Shown here: positions 1 to 12,246 of the stretch, one piece after another
How positions within the stretch are numbered: position 1 is the first letter of the stretch
How the letters are laid out: each line of letters begins with the position of its first letter
Assembly: GCF_030684315.1 (NCBI RefSeq)
Contig: NC_081381.1
Location: forward strand, 27,965,811-28,029,810
DNA: 64,000 bases
Source: Stegostoma tigrinum
Taxonomy: Eukaryota
Direction of reading: 5' to 3'
Notes under the pieces: model-generated
Database searches by the model: none
The model's input: the letters and a program-made list of their open reading frames with translations, nothing else
What the model was told of the DNA's origin: nothing
Program-made: the position numbers and the translations under genes

Positions 1-240
1 GGACCACCCTACTTTGGCTCTGTCACTGTTCTTGTACCTGGACTAACTTACTCTGGGTATGTCATTGTTCCTGTACCTGGGCCATCGCATGCTGGCTCTG
101 TTACTGTTCCTGCACTTGTTCCTGGATCAGTTCACTTTGTCTCTCTCCCCTGCACCCTATCATTCTGGCTGTCACTTTTCCTGGACCCTGCCATTCTGGC
201 TCTGTCAATGTGCCTGCACCCTGTCACTTTGGCCAGCAGT
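1..240. repeat. Degenerate ~39-bp tandem repeat (minisatellite-like) in a MIIP intron
   Basis: Recurring unit resembling GG.CCA.CCT..T.TGGCTCTGTCACTGTTCCTG.ACCT, about 5-6 diverged copies. Confidence 0.5.
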
Positions 241-380
241 GCAGTTGGTTACCAAAAACCCAGTATAACTCCAATTATACACAAAGAAACTAACTCAACA
301 GATGCTCTTGGTTTTAAAATGCGTAACATGGAAAACCTCAAGCAACAGAATATCAGTTGTAAATCAGGGAGGTCTCCTAC

Positions 381-1115
381 CTTTGCCACCTCATCACAAG
401 ATTCTAAGAGAATTGGTTTTGGCTTCTGAATGTCTCTGATAAACCGATCTCTGCATCGATCATTACCCTCATCCAACAGTTGTTCTACATAAAGTGGTGG
501 CTCCAGCTTGGACCTTCGCTTTGGGTCTTCACAGAAGTTCTGTAGGAAGTGAGAATGATGCCTGGGGCTGTTTTCCTTAAAGCTGGTTACATCCCTACAA
601 AGCTGGGTAACCGAAGCAGGGTATTCAGGCTCCTTCATTAACCCTGGTGCAGAAGGAGGCTTGGTAAAAGGAGTTGAGCATTTAAAATTTTTTGACACAT
701 AGCTGTCAGTCAGCAATTTGCAAGGGGTGCTTCTGGGTCTGGCCTCCGGCTTCAGTTTGTTCAATTTACAGTCTAGTGTCTCCATTGCATTCAGGCGACC
801 TTTAGGTGACATACCAACTGACAACGAACAATTCTGTTCTATGTTGGGAATCACCTTAACTCCACTCCCAAGTAGCCAACCTGACTGCTTCACGCCCGCT
901 CCATCTCCAGCAACAAGGGTCCAGCCATGCTTTCTGCTTCTGTGTGCCAATGGAATGAACAGTGCAGCACGAGACGCTTCCTTTCTATTTCGGGACTCAG
1001 TCACAACCACCTCATCGAACTGCTGCAAACCATCTTCATACATCTCTGGACCTGGCAGTTCTGAATGAGTCTGGTCCTTCATATTGGGATTCTTCAGTGA
1101 ATTTCTACCTTTCTG
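381..1115 (-). CDS. MIIP: MIIP (migration and invasion inhibitory protein) internal coding exon, 735 nt; gene continues beyond the window start
   Basis: TTTTTCAG acceptor and AAG|GTAGGA donor; open frame QKGRNSL...KPKPILLESCDEVAK in phase with the previous exon; position next to MFN2 matches vertebrate synteny. Confidence 0.75.
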
Positions 1116-1399
1116 CTGAAAAAGATCACAGTATTGATACTGATCAGAATGTGGGCCTTTGAGAATAAAGGGCTAGAACTAGCCTTGAACATTGAACTCA
1201 TAGCTTGCATACAAATCCAGCTGTCAGATAGAGTGGCACAATCGGAAATACAAACTGAGAAATACTATTCAATTTAAGCAGCTCTACATTCAGATTATTT
1301 GAGAGTTTGGTAATGAACCTGATAGCTAGTTAACAGGATATCAATGAACATCATAACAATAGCCTTTTAAAGTATGTTATCGGGCTAATTTATTTAACA

Positions 1400-1575
1400 C
1401 TTGCAGAGAGCCGAATATGTGGAATTCTTTACTACAGAGGGCTGTAGAAGTTGAATCGTTAAGTATATTCAATACTGAGAATTTTTTTTCAGTAAGGGAA
1501 TAAGTGTATTGTGGAAAAGGCAGGAAAGTGCAGTTGAGTATTTTCAGATCAGCCATGATCTCACTACAGACTCAA
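1400..1575 (+). mobile_element. CR1-type LINE 3' fragment
   Basis: TGTGGAATTCTTTACTACAGAGGGCTGTAGAAG...GATCAGCCATGATCT, similar to other CR1 3' ends in the window. Confidence 0.6.
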
Positions 1576-1736
1576 TAGGCAAAATGACGACTTAATTTGC
1601 ATTTATAAAGTGCCTTTACCATAGCAAAACATAGGTACAGAAACATTATAACATACATGACATTGAGCCACTTAAGGACAAATTACAAAATCCCATCTGC
1701 ACCAAATACTGCATTCAATGTGGAGATGATATCTAC

Positions 1737-1940
1737 CTCAGCACGCTTGTCATTGCAGTTCTCTTGGTATTCTGTAGAAGATCTGCTCTGCACTGACTTG
1801 ATGGCACCTCGACAGGATCCATCACCACTATCAAGGGGCACAGGCACATTCCATGGAATCTTGAGCTGCTTTAGCCTCAGCTTCTGCAGCAGATGTTTGT
1901 TCTGATCTCGAAGGGACTGCAGATAGTCAGAGTGGGACAT
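1737..1940 (-). CDS. MIIP: MIIP first coding exon (68 codons; exon starts at 1965)
   Basis: MSHSDYLQSLRDQNKHLLQKL resembles the MIIP N-terminal LxxLRxxNxxLLxxL motif; acceptor TTTGCAG at 1966; donor GAG|GTAGAT. Confidence 0.8.
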
Positions 1941-2461
1941 CTTTCAATAGGTAACTCAGCAGTTGCTGCAAATAAGGGCAGAAAGAAAGCTTCAAATTAT
2001 ATAGCAGTCTTCGCGACTTCAAGATGTTCAACAGTGCTTTACAGCCAGTAAAACTTTTGAAGTTGTCATTGTAATGTTGAAAACTTGGAAGTCAATTTGT
2101 GCACAACAATGTGAAAATATCCATGTAATTTGTTTCTAGAATGCTGGCTGAATATTAAATATTATTTGGGACGCCAGAATATAACACCCTCACTTTTGAG
2201 GGAGAAGGTGCGAGAGACAAGGGTCACTGGATGCAAAACGTTAACTCTGATTTCTCTCCACAAATGCCGCCAGACCGGCGAGTTTTTCGAGCAATTCCTA
2301 TTTTCGTTTGTGATTGAAAAGAGGGGTTCAGGTTTAAAAGTCTCCATACCTCTAAGCATAGAGGTATGGGAGGAGTTTCAGCCTGAACTTTAATTCTTGA
2401 GGCTTTTTTTTGGGGAAAAAAAGATATTGTCTTACCAACGCGTTCAGATATATTATCACAC

Positions 2462-2535
2462 ACCCCTGGAGGCAACTGGGACTTGAACCTCCCGGCTCAG
2501 AGCTGGGGACACTACCATAGCGCCACAAGACACCA
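2462..2535 (-). mobile_element. tRNA-derived SINE head
   Basis: A box TGGCGCTATGG and B box GGTTCAAGTCC on the - strand, without a full cloverleaf. Confidence 0.5.
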
Positions 2536-2759
2536 CTATACTGGGATTTCAACCGACAACTTTCTGACTCAGAAACTAGAATGTTCTTGACTGTCCGTTA
2601 GAGATAGAATATCAAACAACAAGTCCCAGTGTTTGGGAGAGTAAAGTACCGAAACAGGAAATCTGAAATTGCCCCAGCAACAGTAGTGAAAAGGACAGCA
2701 AGAAAGAGAAATGTCCCAGGGATAAGGCACAGCCAATGCTGAACCCTCAATGCCAAACG

Positions 2760-2960
2760 TTCTTCGTGATCACTCTATGGCCGCACTCAGCTCCAAACGT
2801 CCCTCCGGCCCTGAGGGCGCCGCCATTCCATCAACTGGATTTTCTTCCCGCTGTTGGCCCCTCGTCGAGAGCGGCCGATGATTGGTCGGGTGCCGTAATG
2901 GGTGGGACCTGACGCTCCTCTGATAGGCTAGCCCATCTGTCTGTCACTAACCTTAACCTT
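2760..2960 (-). promoter_or_regulatory. CpG-rich MIIP promoter and non-coding first exon region
   Basis: Local CpG enrichment, CCAAT box (ATTGG at 2881), YY1-like ATGGCGGC near 2820; exact TSS and donor not resolved. Confidence 0.55.
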
Positions 2961-3272
2961 TTTCTTGGCTTGTTCGCAAAGTAACGCATGTCTATTCATG
3001 AGTGACAGATAGATAGCAACAGGTTATGCCCAAACTGGACAGATACGGTTAACCTGTTAATAACATCGGGAACGTGCAATCTGAATGCATATCCACGCCG
3101 GCTTATTCTAACAAAGCTCATTTCACCGTAGGGGTTTACTTTTAAAGACACGGAAGTTGTGTTTTCTATCATTATCCCAAGCACTTCTTTTAATCCTCCT
3201 CCACTTAAAAGATAAAAGAACACTTTTAGTTCATCAAGGGACAAATGACACATAGGAACTTTTTCAAATGAA

Positions 3273-3278
3273 TTTATT
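3273..3278 (-). terminator. Candidate MFN2 polyadenylation signal (AATAAA); a second one lies near 3479
   Basis: TTTATT on the + strand about 2 kb downstream of the MFN2 stop codon. Confidence 0.5.
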
Positions 3279-5298
3279 TTGCCCACTACTTTAAACAAGT
3301 TCAGTCCCAGTCAGAACAATACAGTGGAAGCTTTGCATTCATGAGCAGCAGAAACATAAAGTGCATTTAAATTTTTTTCAAAAACTAAAACCAACTGCAC
3401 AAGTATGACCAAAAGTACTGAGATTTAAACCAATTCTGTTGCCTTGTTATGTAGAGCTCTAATCACCTGCCTCACATTTTTATTCAGTGCAACTACTCAA
3501 ACTTCACACAGCTGGAACAAACCTCAACCTGGATTCCTCACTTCATTCTTTAGTGAAGTGGGCTGTGACGTGACTTGCATCTGAAAGATAAGTAGCTTAA
3601 TATTTTAATAATTAACCCATCTTTTCTCTGAGATGCTAACAAAGTGTATTTCCAGAATTTTCAGTTCTTACATTTTATGATTCAAATTCTTCAGACTTTG
3701 AATACAAGCGTCAAAGTAATGGCTGAACTCAAAACAGCTACTTTAAAATATTAAATACTCATTCTCTGCCCATGTAAACAGAAGGAAGATTCAGCGAAAG
3801 TCTGGGTACATGGTCAAAATTCAAATCTGTCGTCCATGATGCATTTATAAAGTATGTGTCATCAGCGAAAATTGACAGGTTCAGAATAAACACAGCTCTT
3901 AATGCTCCCATATATTACAAAATTTAAAGCGCAGAATTTGCCAGTATTAGAGTAAAGAGTTTCCTCCATCAATAAAACTGGGTACATCAAGATCACCATG
4001 AAAACAACACAGTAGATCTAGGGTTTTGAATGCTCATCGTTTGGGACAGTGTTTGCAATCAGTCAATGAAAAAGATGTAGCTATCACACCAATAAAAAAA
4101 CTTCACACTGCATTAACAAACAACCTACACACACAGGATCTGCAGTGTTCCACATTCTTGGCTTTTACATCTACATGCAAATATCCCACTTTTCATAAAT
4201 GTGACTCATGAAATGCCAATGTATTCTGTATTTCAATACTAACTTACACGATTCCAATTAAATACTCCTCCAAGTTAGACTGAAGGTCTCAAATGAGAAT
4301 GAGGAAAAGCTATTCTTTTTATCCACTGAAACCCCATTATCAGCACTAAATCAGAATTAATTATACTCTCTTTACTAATAACCAGACAGGCACAATGGAA
4401 TTCTTCTTTACCACCTGCCGACAGAGTTAATTAAATTACAGGCAATTTGTTTCCCCATTCAGCAAAAATCTTTTCCACATTTACACGTAAGCTCAGTACC
4501 CAAGTCCATTCAGATTTGAATTTCAGTTCTCCTTTTCTTATTGGCTTGTTTCTCTGCAAGGCTGATTGGCAGACTGAGAACATTACATACTAGGACAATA
4601 TTCAGCTCAGGCTTGCTGCCCAGTTTTTATCCAAACAAAACCCACTAAAGATTCAATTCAGGACACAAATAATTTAAATAATCTAGAATAAGACGTTCTC
4701 AGAATGTGTCACAGGCTGGAATCTGACCAAAGGGACTCAAATTTACAGGCCAGAATCTTAAGAAGTTTGTGACAACACAGATTGTGAATTTAGGGAAAGG
4801 TTTGAGAACGGGATCAGGATTTTTTCATTCCTAAGGAACTTATTTTTTGCTCCAGTCAAAATAAAAATGTTTCACCATCTCTCAGCTGTACAAAGGTCCA
4901 ATATTTAGCTGTAGTTAAAAAGTGGTCTGTGGATCACAAGTGGAGTATCCCACAGGTCACTTGGGATCATGGACCTCATGACTACAAAAGATCAAGGAGA
5001 CAAGTTCCGTGTGCCAAGAGCAAATCAATAAGCCTGAGCTGATTCATGACAAGGAAGGTGGTCTCCTTCTGACTGTTGTGATGCATCATGTGTAAAAAGT
5101 CAAGCACTGATCACTGAATCAATATCATTAGTTCAGTCCCAGTTTTAAATCAATTCTCAAAATGTTTATAAATTATTCTGAGAGGAAAAAAATAATATTC
5201 CAACAATGACCCCACCCTCCCCCAGCACAGTAGTTAGTGTTGGATCTGTGTTTCAGATACAGGAAACATCTTTCAATCTTGTACAAAATTAGTTGCTT

Positions 5299-5368
5299 TC
5301 ATCTGCTCTGCTCCAGGTACTGGTGAGTGAACATGTTCAGCTCACTGTCCAGCCAGCCAGCCTTATTC
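5299..5368 (-). CDS. MFN2: MFN2 exon 19 (last coding exon)
   Basis: NKAGWLDSELNMFTHQYLEQSR*; TTTGCAG acceptor; TGA at 5301-5299. Confidence 0.95.
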
Positions 5369-5709
5369 CTGCAAAGAACAACAGTCAGTTACTACAAGGA
5401 ACACAACGACTATGAGACTTCATTCCTTAAACAAAGTTGAACGCCTGGCAATTCCCATGTACTCTGCGATACCACCTTCATCCAGTCATAGCATGCAGAA
5501 CATTTGGGTCCCAGAGCTCTTTCCTTTTTCAATTAGGGAGTCAGATGTACCACATAGTGTATAGCACTTGATCACTTGATTCTAAACTCCAACAGACTAG
5601 ACCTTATGGAACAGCTCTACATATAGCAAAATGCTCCTGGTATTCATATTTTGTGCCCAAAGTTACCAAGGCTTGCCACTGATTTTTTCCAATACTAGTG
5701 GATATTCAC

Positions 5710-5844
5710 CTGAGCAGCTTGGCTTTGCTCTGCAATGAATCCAGCAGTTCAATTTTCTTATTTAGGTCTTTAATTTCCTCATCCAGGTTCTGCCGTGTTA
5801 CATCCACCTGCTGACACAACTGTGCGAATGTTCCTGTCAGTTCC
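5710..5844 (-). CDS. MFN2: MFN2 exon 18 (HR2)
   Basis: [20 protein letters not shown]...QSKAKLL; 135 nt; AG/GT boundaries. Confidence 0.95.
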
Positions 5845-6369
5845 CTGCAGAGGAAGGCAGAGAAACAGAAGCACTTTGGAAAGAAGGTAAAGACACAAAA
5901 AACTACGCATTTACTGTAACATCAGAACATTCGATGAGAATGGGGAAACTGCATTAATCAGACAGGGTTTTGCTGCTGATTAGCACCCATTGGTCCCTGG
6001 TAGGAGCTGCAGGTGGGGATGACAAGTGAAATCAGTCTGACTTTACGGTAATGTCACTGTATTTGAATTCCTACTAGAATTCATTTGTTAATGTCAGATG
6101 TGAAGAACAGCTGTCAGTGTGGGGAACTGATGGGTGTTGGCACTGGGTTAATGGGACAAGAGGTAGATGGCATTAGACAACTGTACTTGAGCAAGAGTTG
6201 GCACCTTCAGAGCTAGTGGGGAAGGCAATTAGAAGATCAGAGAGGGATAACTTTTGAAATTTGAATGGGGCAGCCCAGATCTTGAAGTAGAAGAATGTGT
6301 GGAGGATGCAGTGGAAGGTGGGATCTGTCTCCATATTGACTCCAACACTCATCCTATTCTTTCACTTAC

Positions 6370-6566
6370 TGTTGGACCTGATGGCTGCAGTTGGATCCAG
6401 TGTAGCCAACAATGAGCTGTAGTTTCTCAGCAGCATAATCTACAAGTTGACGTTTGAAAGCTCTTTCTTTGGCCCTGGTTGTCCATGTCAGACGCTCATA
6501 CACATACAGGAGGCCATACATTCCCACAGTCAATGCAATCAGCCGCCAGCCCACTGCTTTCCATAC
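6370..6566 (-). CDS. MFN2: MFN2 exon 17 (TM2)
   Basis: [12 protein letters not shown]...YVYERLTWT...[10 protein letters not shown]; 197 nt. Confidence 0.95.
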
Positions 6567-6619
6567 CTGAAAAACAATCAGACAATGAGCTCGCATTTCT
6601 CCAAATCCCTCCCATAATG

Positions 6620-7676
6620 TGGAGCAGGAAAGCTGACATTTCAGGTTGGGATCCGTCTTCAGAAATGGGGGAGGGGAAAGGGACTCAAATAAATAGAGGG
6701 TCAGAGGCGGGTGATAGCAGGTAGATAGTGTTGCGGATGGGTGGGAGAGAAGACGGACAGGTGAAGGAGGCAGGGATGAAGCTAGAAAGGGTCAGTTTGG
6801 CTAGGTGATGGTGAGGATTGGTCAGTGAAGTGGGAGAGAAGATGCACAAATCAATGAGGCAGGGATTAAAGGGGGCTGCTGGTCTTGGGATGAGGTCGGA
6901 GGGGGGAGATTTTGAAACTGGTAAAGTCCACATTGAGTTGTAGACTTCCAAGGTGGAATATGAGGTGCTGTTACTCCAGTTTTTGGCTGGCATTGTTATG
7001 ATACTGGAAGAGGCCCAGGATGGACATGTTGTCCAGGGACTGGGACAGGGAGTTGAAGTGGTTCGTGACAGGAAGGGTTGTTGTTTGTTGAGAACTGAGC
7101 GCAGGTGTTCTACAAAGCAGTCTCCGAGTGTCCGCTTGGTCTCCCCGATGTACAGGAGGCCACATCAGGAACAGCGGATACAATAGACCACATTAGCAGA
7201 TGTGCAGATGTACATCTGTTTGATGTGGAAGGTTTTTTTGGGGCCTGGGATGGAGGTGAGAGGGGAGATGGAGGGGCAGGTGTAGCACCTCCTGTGGCTG
7301 CAGGGAAAAGTGTTGGGTGTGGTGGGGCTAGTAGGGAGTGTGGAGCGGACGAGGGAGTTGCGGACAGTGTGGTCCCTCTGGAAGGGAAACTGCTCCTCCC
7401 ACCTCAGTGACCAATCAACACAATTGGCTAACTATAGTAACCTTTACTAGCTTCATCCCTGCCTCCTTGACCTGTCCATCTTCTCTCCCAACTATCCGGT
7501 CCACCATCTACCTGCTATCACCGCTCCCCCCACCGCATTTATTTCAGAGCCCCCATTTCTGAAGAAGGGTCCCAACCCGAAACGTCAGTTTTCCTACTTC
7601 TCTGATGTTGCCTGGCCTGCTGTGTTCCTCCAGCTCCACACTGTTATCTCTGACTCCAGCATCGGCAGTTCTTACT
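6620..7676 (-). mobile_element. Penelope-like element fragment (GIY-YIG 3' part on -, inverted terminal repeat copy on +) with 15-bp TSD
   Basis: Degenerate GETxRxLGDxFxEHL motif; TSD ATCCCT(C/T)CCATAATG at 6605-6619 and 7677-7691. Confidence 0.8.
7557..7590 (+). ncRNA. Minimal hammerhead ribozyme core (Penelope-associated)
   Basis: CTGAAGA-AGGGTCCCAACCC-GAAAC-GTC-AG. Confidence 0.6.
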
Positions 7677-8828
7677 ATCCCTTCCATAATGCATCATTTT
7701 ATAAAACACTGGTTCATTTGATTTGCTGCAACATTCCAATCCCAGTTTCTCAAGGACATCTGCAGATTTTCTGTTCATTTATATTTTATAAAGGCAATCT
7801 GAACAGGCAGCTAAGCAAGGAATGAATGGATGGTAATACTAGAGGCAAGGATGAGAAATCAGACAGCCCTTAGGTGTATGCATACTGCCCACTGTTTCAT
7901 CAATAGGAGCCAACGGACAGACACCAGCCAGATGCCAATCTATGTCTTAATCCTGCTCTCAACTCCTAGCTATATCAACATTTCTCAATTTCAAGCAATT
8001 GTCTCACTCCCTTCGAAATGGGTCAACTCACCATCACTTTCCACTTTGAGAGATAAGTTTAAGTTTGGATCCTTATTATCCTCATGAGTGGAAACAAATA
8101 TTGTTGTTTATATTTACATTAAAACTGCTCATATTAAAGGCCTCTATCAGGTCATTGCATTACCTCAGCTCTAACCAACCAGCGCAGAACTGGTCAGTGA
8201 GGAGAATCTTGCTGGTGACCTTTAAGCCATGAAATACATCTACCTGAATGGCAATCCACTTGGGTGAATTCGAGGTGTAGACACGGCCTCACGGTAGATG
8301 TCTCCACTCCAGTCAGAAAGTGACGGATCCAAGCCTTTTGACAAGTACATGTTCCCAGCCAACAATCAATGAAGAACAACAGCCCTGCTTACTTGGGTAG
8401 GAGAATTCCATGGTACAATTCTCCTTTAATCTATTATGACCAAAACATATTAAATGGTTTCACTTCAGCTGCTGCTTTTGGGATCCTGCTGGACTATATG
8501 CATTTAGGCCCTGGTGTTTGCACAGAAGTGACTACACTTCAAAAGTATTTCATTGACCCTGATGAGACATGACATGTCCTGAAACTGTGATTAGCTTCCA
8601 CATTAATTGTTTGTCTTTAGGTCCCAAAATCTGTTCCTCTTCCTCCCTCTCACAGTGTCAGCAATGCCACACTGTCCTGTCTAATAAATCAATCTTGGTT
8701 GTCATAGGGTTAGAGTTAGTCTAACGATATCACAGTTATAAGAGGAACTGCTGCTGTCCAACTCAATGTCATTGCTCCTCGATCAGCTACTGACTTTGCA
8801 ATTTGGCAGGAATCACCCCATTACTTAC

Positions 8829-8984
8829 CACACCCCCAACCACGATAATTCCCATAGATGTCCGCGAAGTTAATGAAGCCAATCCTGTTATCATGGAAAC
8901 CATGAGTTCTTCCTGAGTCATGGAACCCTGGGGTAACGGTGGTAAACTGGTGCTGACTGGTGTAATGGGTAGTTGCCGTGGCAC
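8829..8984 (-). CDS. MFN2: MFN2 exon 16
   Basis: VPRQLPITP...[16 protein letters not shown]; 156 nt. Confidence 0.95.
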
Positions 8985-9109
8985 CTGGAGACACAAAAAT
9001 GAAAGAAAGTCAGGCAGCCTAAAATACAAATCTCTCAAATCACCTCATGCATCAGCTAGATGACGGGAAAGCAGCAGAAGAACCAATCTCGCTACTAGCA
9101 ATCAACAAT

Positions 9110-9330
9110 GGTTCAGTGATAGTATTTTGCCTCTGGCCAGAGATTCGAGGGTTGAGGTCTCACTCTGGAGGCTTGAGCACATAATCAAGGCAATACTGAG
9201 GGAATGCTGCACTGTTTGAATTGCCATCATTTAGATGAGATTTGAAACTGAGACCCCTGTCCCAAAGAATCATTTAAAAGAAAAACAGGGAGTTCACCCC
9301 TTTACCTTGACCAACATTAAATCCTGCAAC
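9110..9330 (+). mobile_element. Deu-domain-type SINE (SacSINE1/AmnSINE-like); further degenerate copies on - near 36610-36760, 46420-46630 and 49880-50060
   Basis: CTTGAGCACATAATC...ACTGAGGGAATGCTGCACTG...GATGAGA matches my recollection of the Deu domain. Confidence 0.55.
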
Positions 9331-9396
9331 CTTGCTTAAAAGCCAAAAAACAGAATTTCATTAATAACTAGATAAAGGTTTTTTCCTTTGCTTTAC

Positions 9397-9617
9397 CTGG
9401 TCATTGTATCCTGTTAGTGCTCTGCGACTGCTCTTTGGGCCAAGGAAGCGATTGATGAGCATTGTCCACCCAAGTGAGAAGTGGAAATCTATGTCCTCTT
9501 GGAAGTCAGCAAAGAGTCGATCGCAATTTAGGTCATAACTGAGACTAAAACGCTGACGAGGCACCAATGCATCTACCTGACCCCTCTCTGTAGGTGGTAG
9601 GAGGGGCCGCAGGCTGT
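9397..9617 (-). CDS. MFN2: MFN2 exon 15
   Basis: ...[29 protein letters not shown]...; 221 nt. Confidence 0.95.
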
Positions 9618-9992
9618 CTGGGGTAAGGAAAAGAGAGAATGTTTTTCAAAATCATCTATTGGAAAGGGGCTTCAAAAGGTTTCCATCACTAACTAACACA
9701 AAGCTTCACAGAACTCTCCACATAATCCCAACTCTGGTACCCCATCCTTGCCCTCATAGCCTGCACCCCACAGCCCATTCCCACAGCCACCAAATTCTCA
9801 CTTCTTTGTCCTTTGAAAACCAGTTTGGTCTGCTCCATGTTCCCTGCTGTCTCTAATGTATCAGCAACCTTGAGACAATAGTTAAATGAGTACAAGCTGC
9901 AACTAAAGGACAAAACGTATGGTTAGTATCAAGTACTCTGGGAGGAAATTAAATTATAAACAAGCCCAGTGCTGCAGACAACAGCAAAGCAA

Positions 9993-10315
9993 GGAGGCTC
10001 AGTGGTTAGCACAGCTGCCTCACAGCACCAGATACCTGGGTTCAATTCCACCCTTGGGTATATATCTGTGTTGAGTGTGCACATTCTCCCCACGTCTGCG
10101 TGGGTTTCTTCCGGGTGCTCCGGTTTCCTCACACAGTCCAAAGAGGAATACACTACGGACAATTTAGCACGGCCAACCCACTAATGTCCAGGGATGTTTG
10201 GGTTAGACATGGGGAAATACAGGGGAAAGGGAATGAGTCAGGGTGGGATGCTCTTTGAAGCGGCAGTGTGGATTTGTTGGGCCAAATGGCCTGTTTCCAC
10301 ACTGTAGGGATTCTA
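9993..10315 (+). mobile_element. HE1-like (V-SINE) tRNA-derived SINE
   Basis: GGCTCAGTGGTTAGCAC head, B box, V-domain TTCTCCCCACGTCTGCGTGGGTTTC, CR1-like tail. Confidence 0.8.
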
Positions 10316-10416
10316 TAAAAAAGAAGTTCAATGCTACTCATTCAGGTGACACTGCGCTGAAACTCTTATTTCTCATAAATGTTACACTGTGAAAAGACCA
10401 AATGTCCAACACTGAC

Positions 10417-10519
10417 CGATCATTTCCTGTTGTGTTTTTTGCAGGCTGGCTGTAATGGTGACACAGCAACGATCAGACATGTTGCGCCCAAGTCCTTCCT
10501 CAATGTGTTTGTGAAGCTC
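10417..10519 (-). CDS. MFN2: MFN2 exon 14
   Basis: [18 protein letters not shown]...QQEMI; 103 nt. Confidence 0.95.
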
Positions 10520-10649
10520 CTATAAGAAGGGAGGAACAAAGAAAATGATGCTTAGAATACAGTGGAACAAACTGAGAGAAAGAACAGCATTGACCCCAGG
10601 ACCATAACACTCAAATCTGTCAAGTTTTTTTTAAAATTCTTTCATACAA

Positions 10650-11020
10650 AGTGAGTGACATTTGCACAGTCAGCATTTATTTCTCTTCACCAACAGCAAC
10701 TTAACTGAATCAGAGGGCAACTGAGTCAACCACACTGCTGTTGAACTGGTGTCACATGCAGGCCAAATCAGGTGAGAATGGCAGATTTCCTTTCCCTCAA
10801 GGACATTAGTGAACCAGAAGGGTTTTTATTTTAAAATAGCAATTGACAAATGGTTTCATGGTTACCATTAGGCTAGCTTTAAATTTCAGATTTGTGAGCT
10901 GAATTAAAATATCCATGCCATGATGGGACTCAAAGTCATGTCCTCAGAGCATTAGCCAGGATTATCCAGGAACTCTAGATTGCTAGTCCAGTAATAATAC
11001 CAATACACCATTAGCGCTCC
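10650..11020 (-). mobile_element. Second tRNA-headed SINE family; copies also at about 38930-39030, 40750-41130, 53100-53240 and 58710-59050
   Basis: Shared GCATTTATTGCCC...GGACATTAGTGAAC...CCAGT...ACCA blocks across copies; family name not assigned. Confidence 0.65.
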
Positions 11021-11848
11021 TCAAAGTCATCTTATTTCCTCTGCACAGGGGCTGAATAAAGTTTCTTTTCCCCCCTCCCTCCAGTTCTTGGCTGTCAAGT
11101 TTGATTCACTTCCCCCAGAAGGCTTGGCACCCACAGTGGCTTCTGACTTGATCCGATGAAGATTAGTAATTCCCTGAAAGTTCCTTTCCTTCATTCCAAA
11201 TTTCAGGTTGCATATCCTATACACAGACTTCTCCTTCTTGCACCCTCATTATGTTGGATCCAAGATTCATTCACTTCCAGCTCAAACTAATTCTCTCTCT
11301 GGATCTTGGTGCTCCTACCTACAAACTTTTATAGTTCGACCTTGGCACCAACCAACACTGCCTCCCCAATTTGCCTGTCCTATTTCCTCATTCTTTACCC
11401 TCAGTCTTTTAGTAAGTTTCGAATAAAGAAATTGTAACAACTGATTTATTACATGACCATTAAATGAATTGTAACTGGAGACAAATGAAGCAGACTGAGG
11501 GGCTGGTCTAACAAGCAGGCTTAGACACCTACAATGCTTTAGAACACCTGCCACAAGTACTGTTCTTCTCGCAACCATGAGCCTCATAATCACATCTCCC
11601 ACCAACTTCTCAAGTTCGAACATGTGTGAGAGGGAGCTGAGCATTAACAGGGGTGTTCACGAGGGAACTGGTGCTCAGACATCTTTCAATGAGTTCCATC
11701 CTCCTGAGGTACAAATCTTTCACATTGGCCAACTGCATGCAGACTAATCAAAACTCCTGGAGAAGATTTACCCAGGAGACAGGGTGATTCTAATGCAAGA
11801 AGATTGAGCCCAGGGATCAATCCACTCATTCTGACACCAAACACTCAC

Positions 11849-11953
11849 ACTCTTGTAGACTCTAAGCACCACCAGAGAGGGGTGAAAATCCATCTGAAAA
11901 TCATCCACCAATGTGGCAAGATGGCGGATTTCTTCTGCCATTGCATTTGAGAC
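11849..11953 (-). CDS. MFN2: MFN2 exon 13
   Basis: [12 protein letters not shown]...[13 protein letters not shown]; 105 nt. Confidence 0.95.
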
Positions 11954-12119
11954 CTGAAACAAAGGAAATGGCATCAAACTGTGGCCAGGTCAGACTTAGC
12001 AGTAGGTACAAAATCTTGGAGCAGAGGAAATACCACGGAGAATTTTACATCACACTTCCCTGCTCCCCAAAAACCCTCCGAAAAAAATGCAAAGCTGGCC
12101 CTTCAATACTCAATCTCAC

Positions 12120-12246
12120 CTGCCGCTCCACCTCCTCAGTGATCTGTTTGATTTTAGCTTTACAGTCCTGGGTTAATAAATCCAGTTGATTGTCTATAAA
12201 CTCCAATCGATCCATTCGTTCTTCTCTCTGTTTCAGGCAATGTACC
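12120..12246 (-). CDS. MFN2: MFN2 exon 12 (HR1)
   Basis: [21 protein letters not shown]...ITEEVERQ; 127 nt. Confidence 0.95.

Noticed and set aside
249-1082. 277-aa ORF as a standalone gene
   Set aside because: It is the MIIP internal exon (381-1115) read past its donor; the Met at 1082 is internal.
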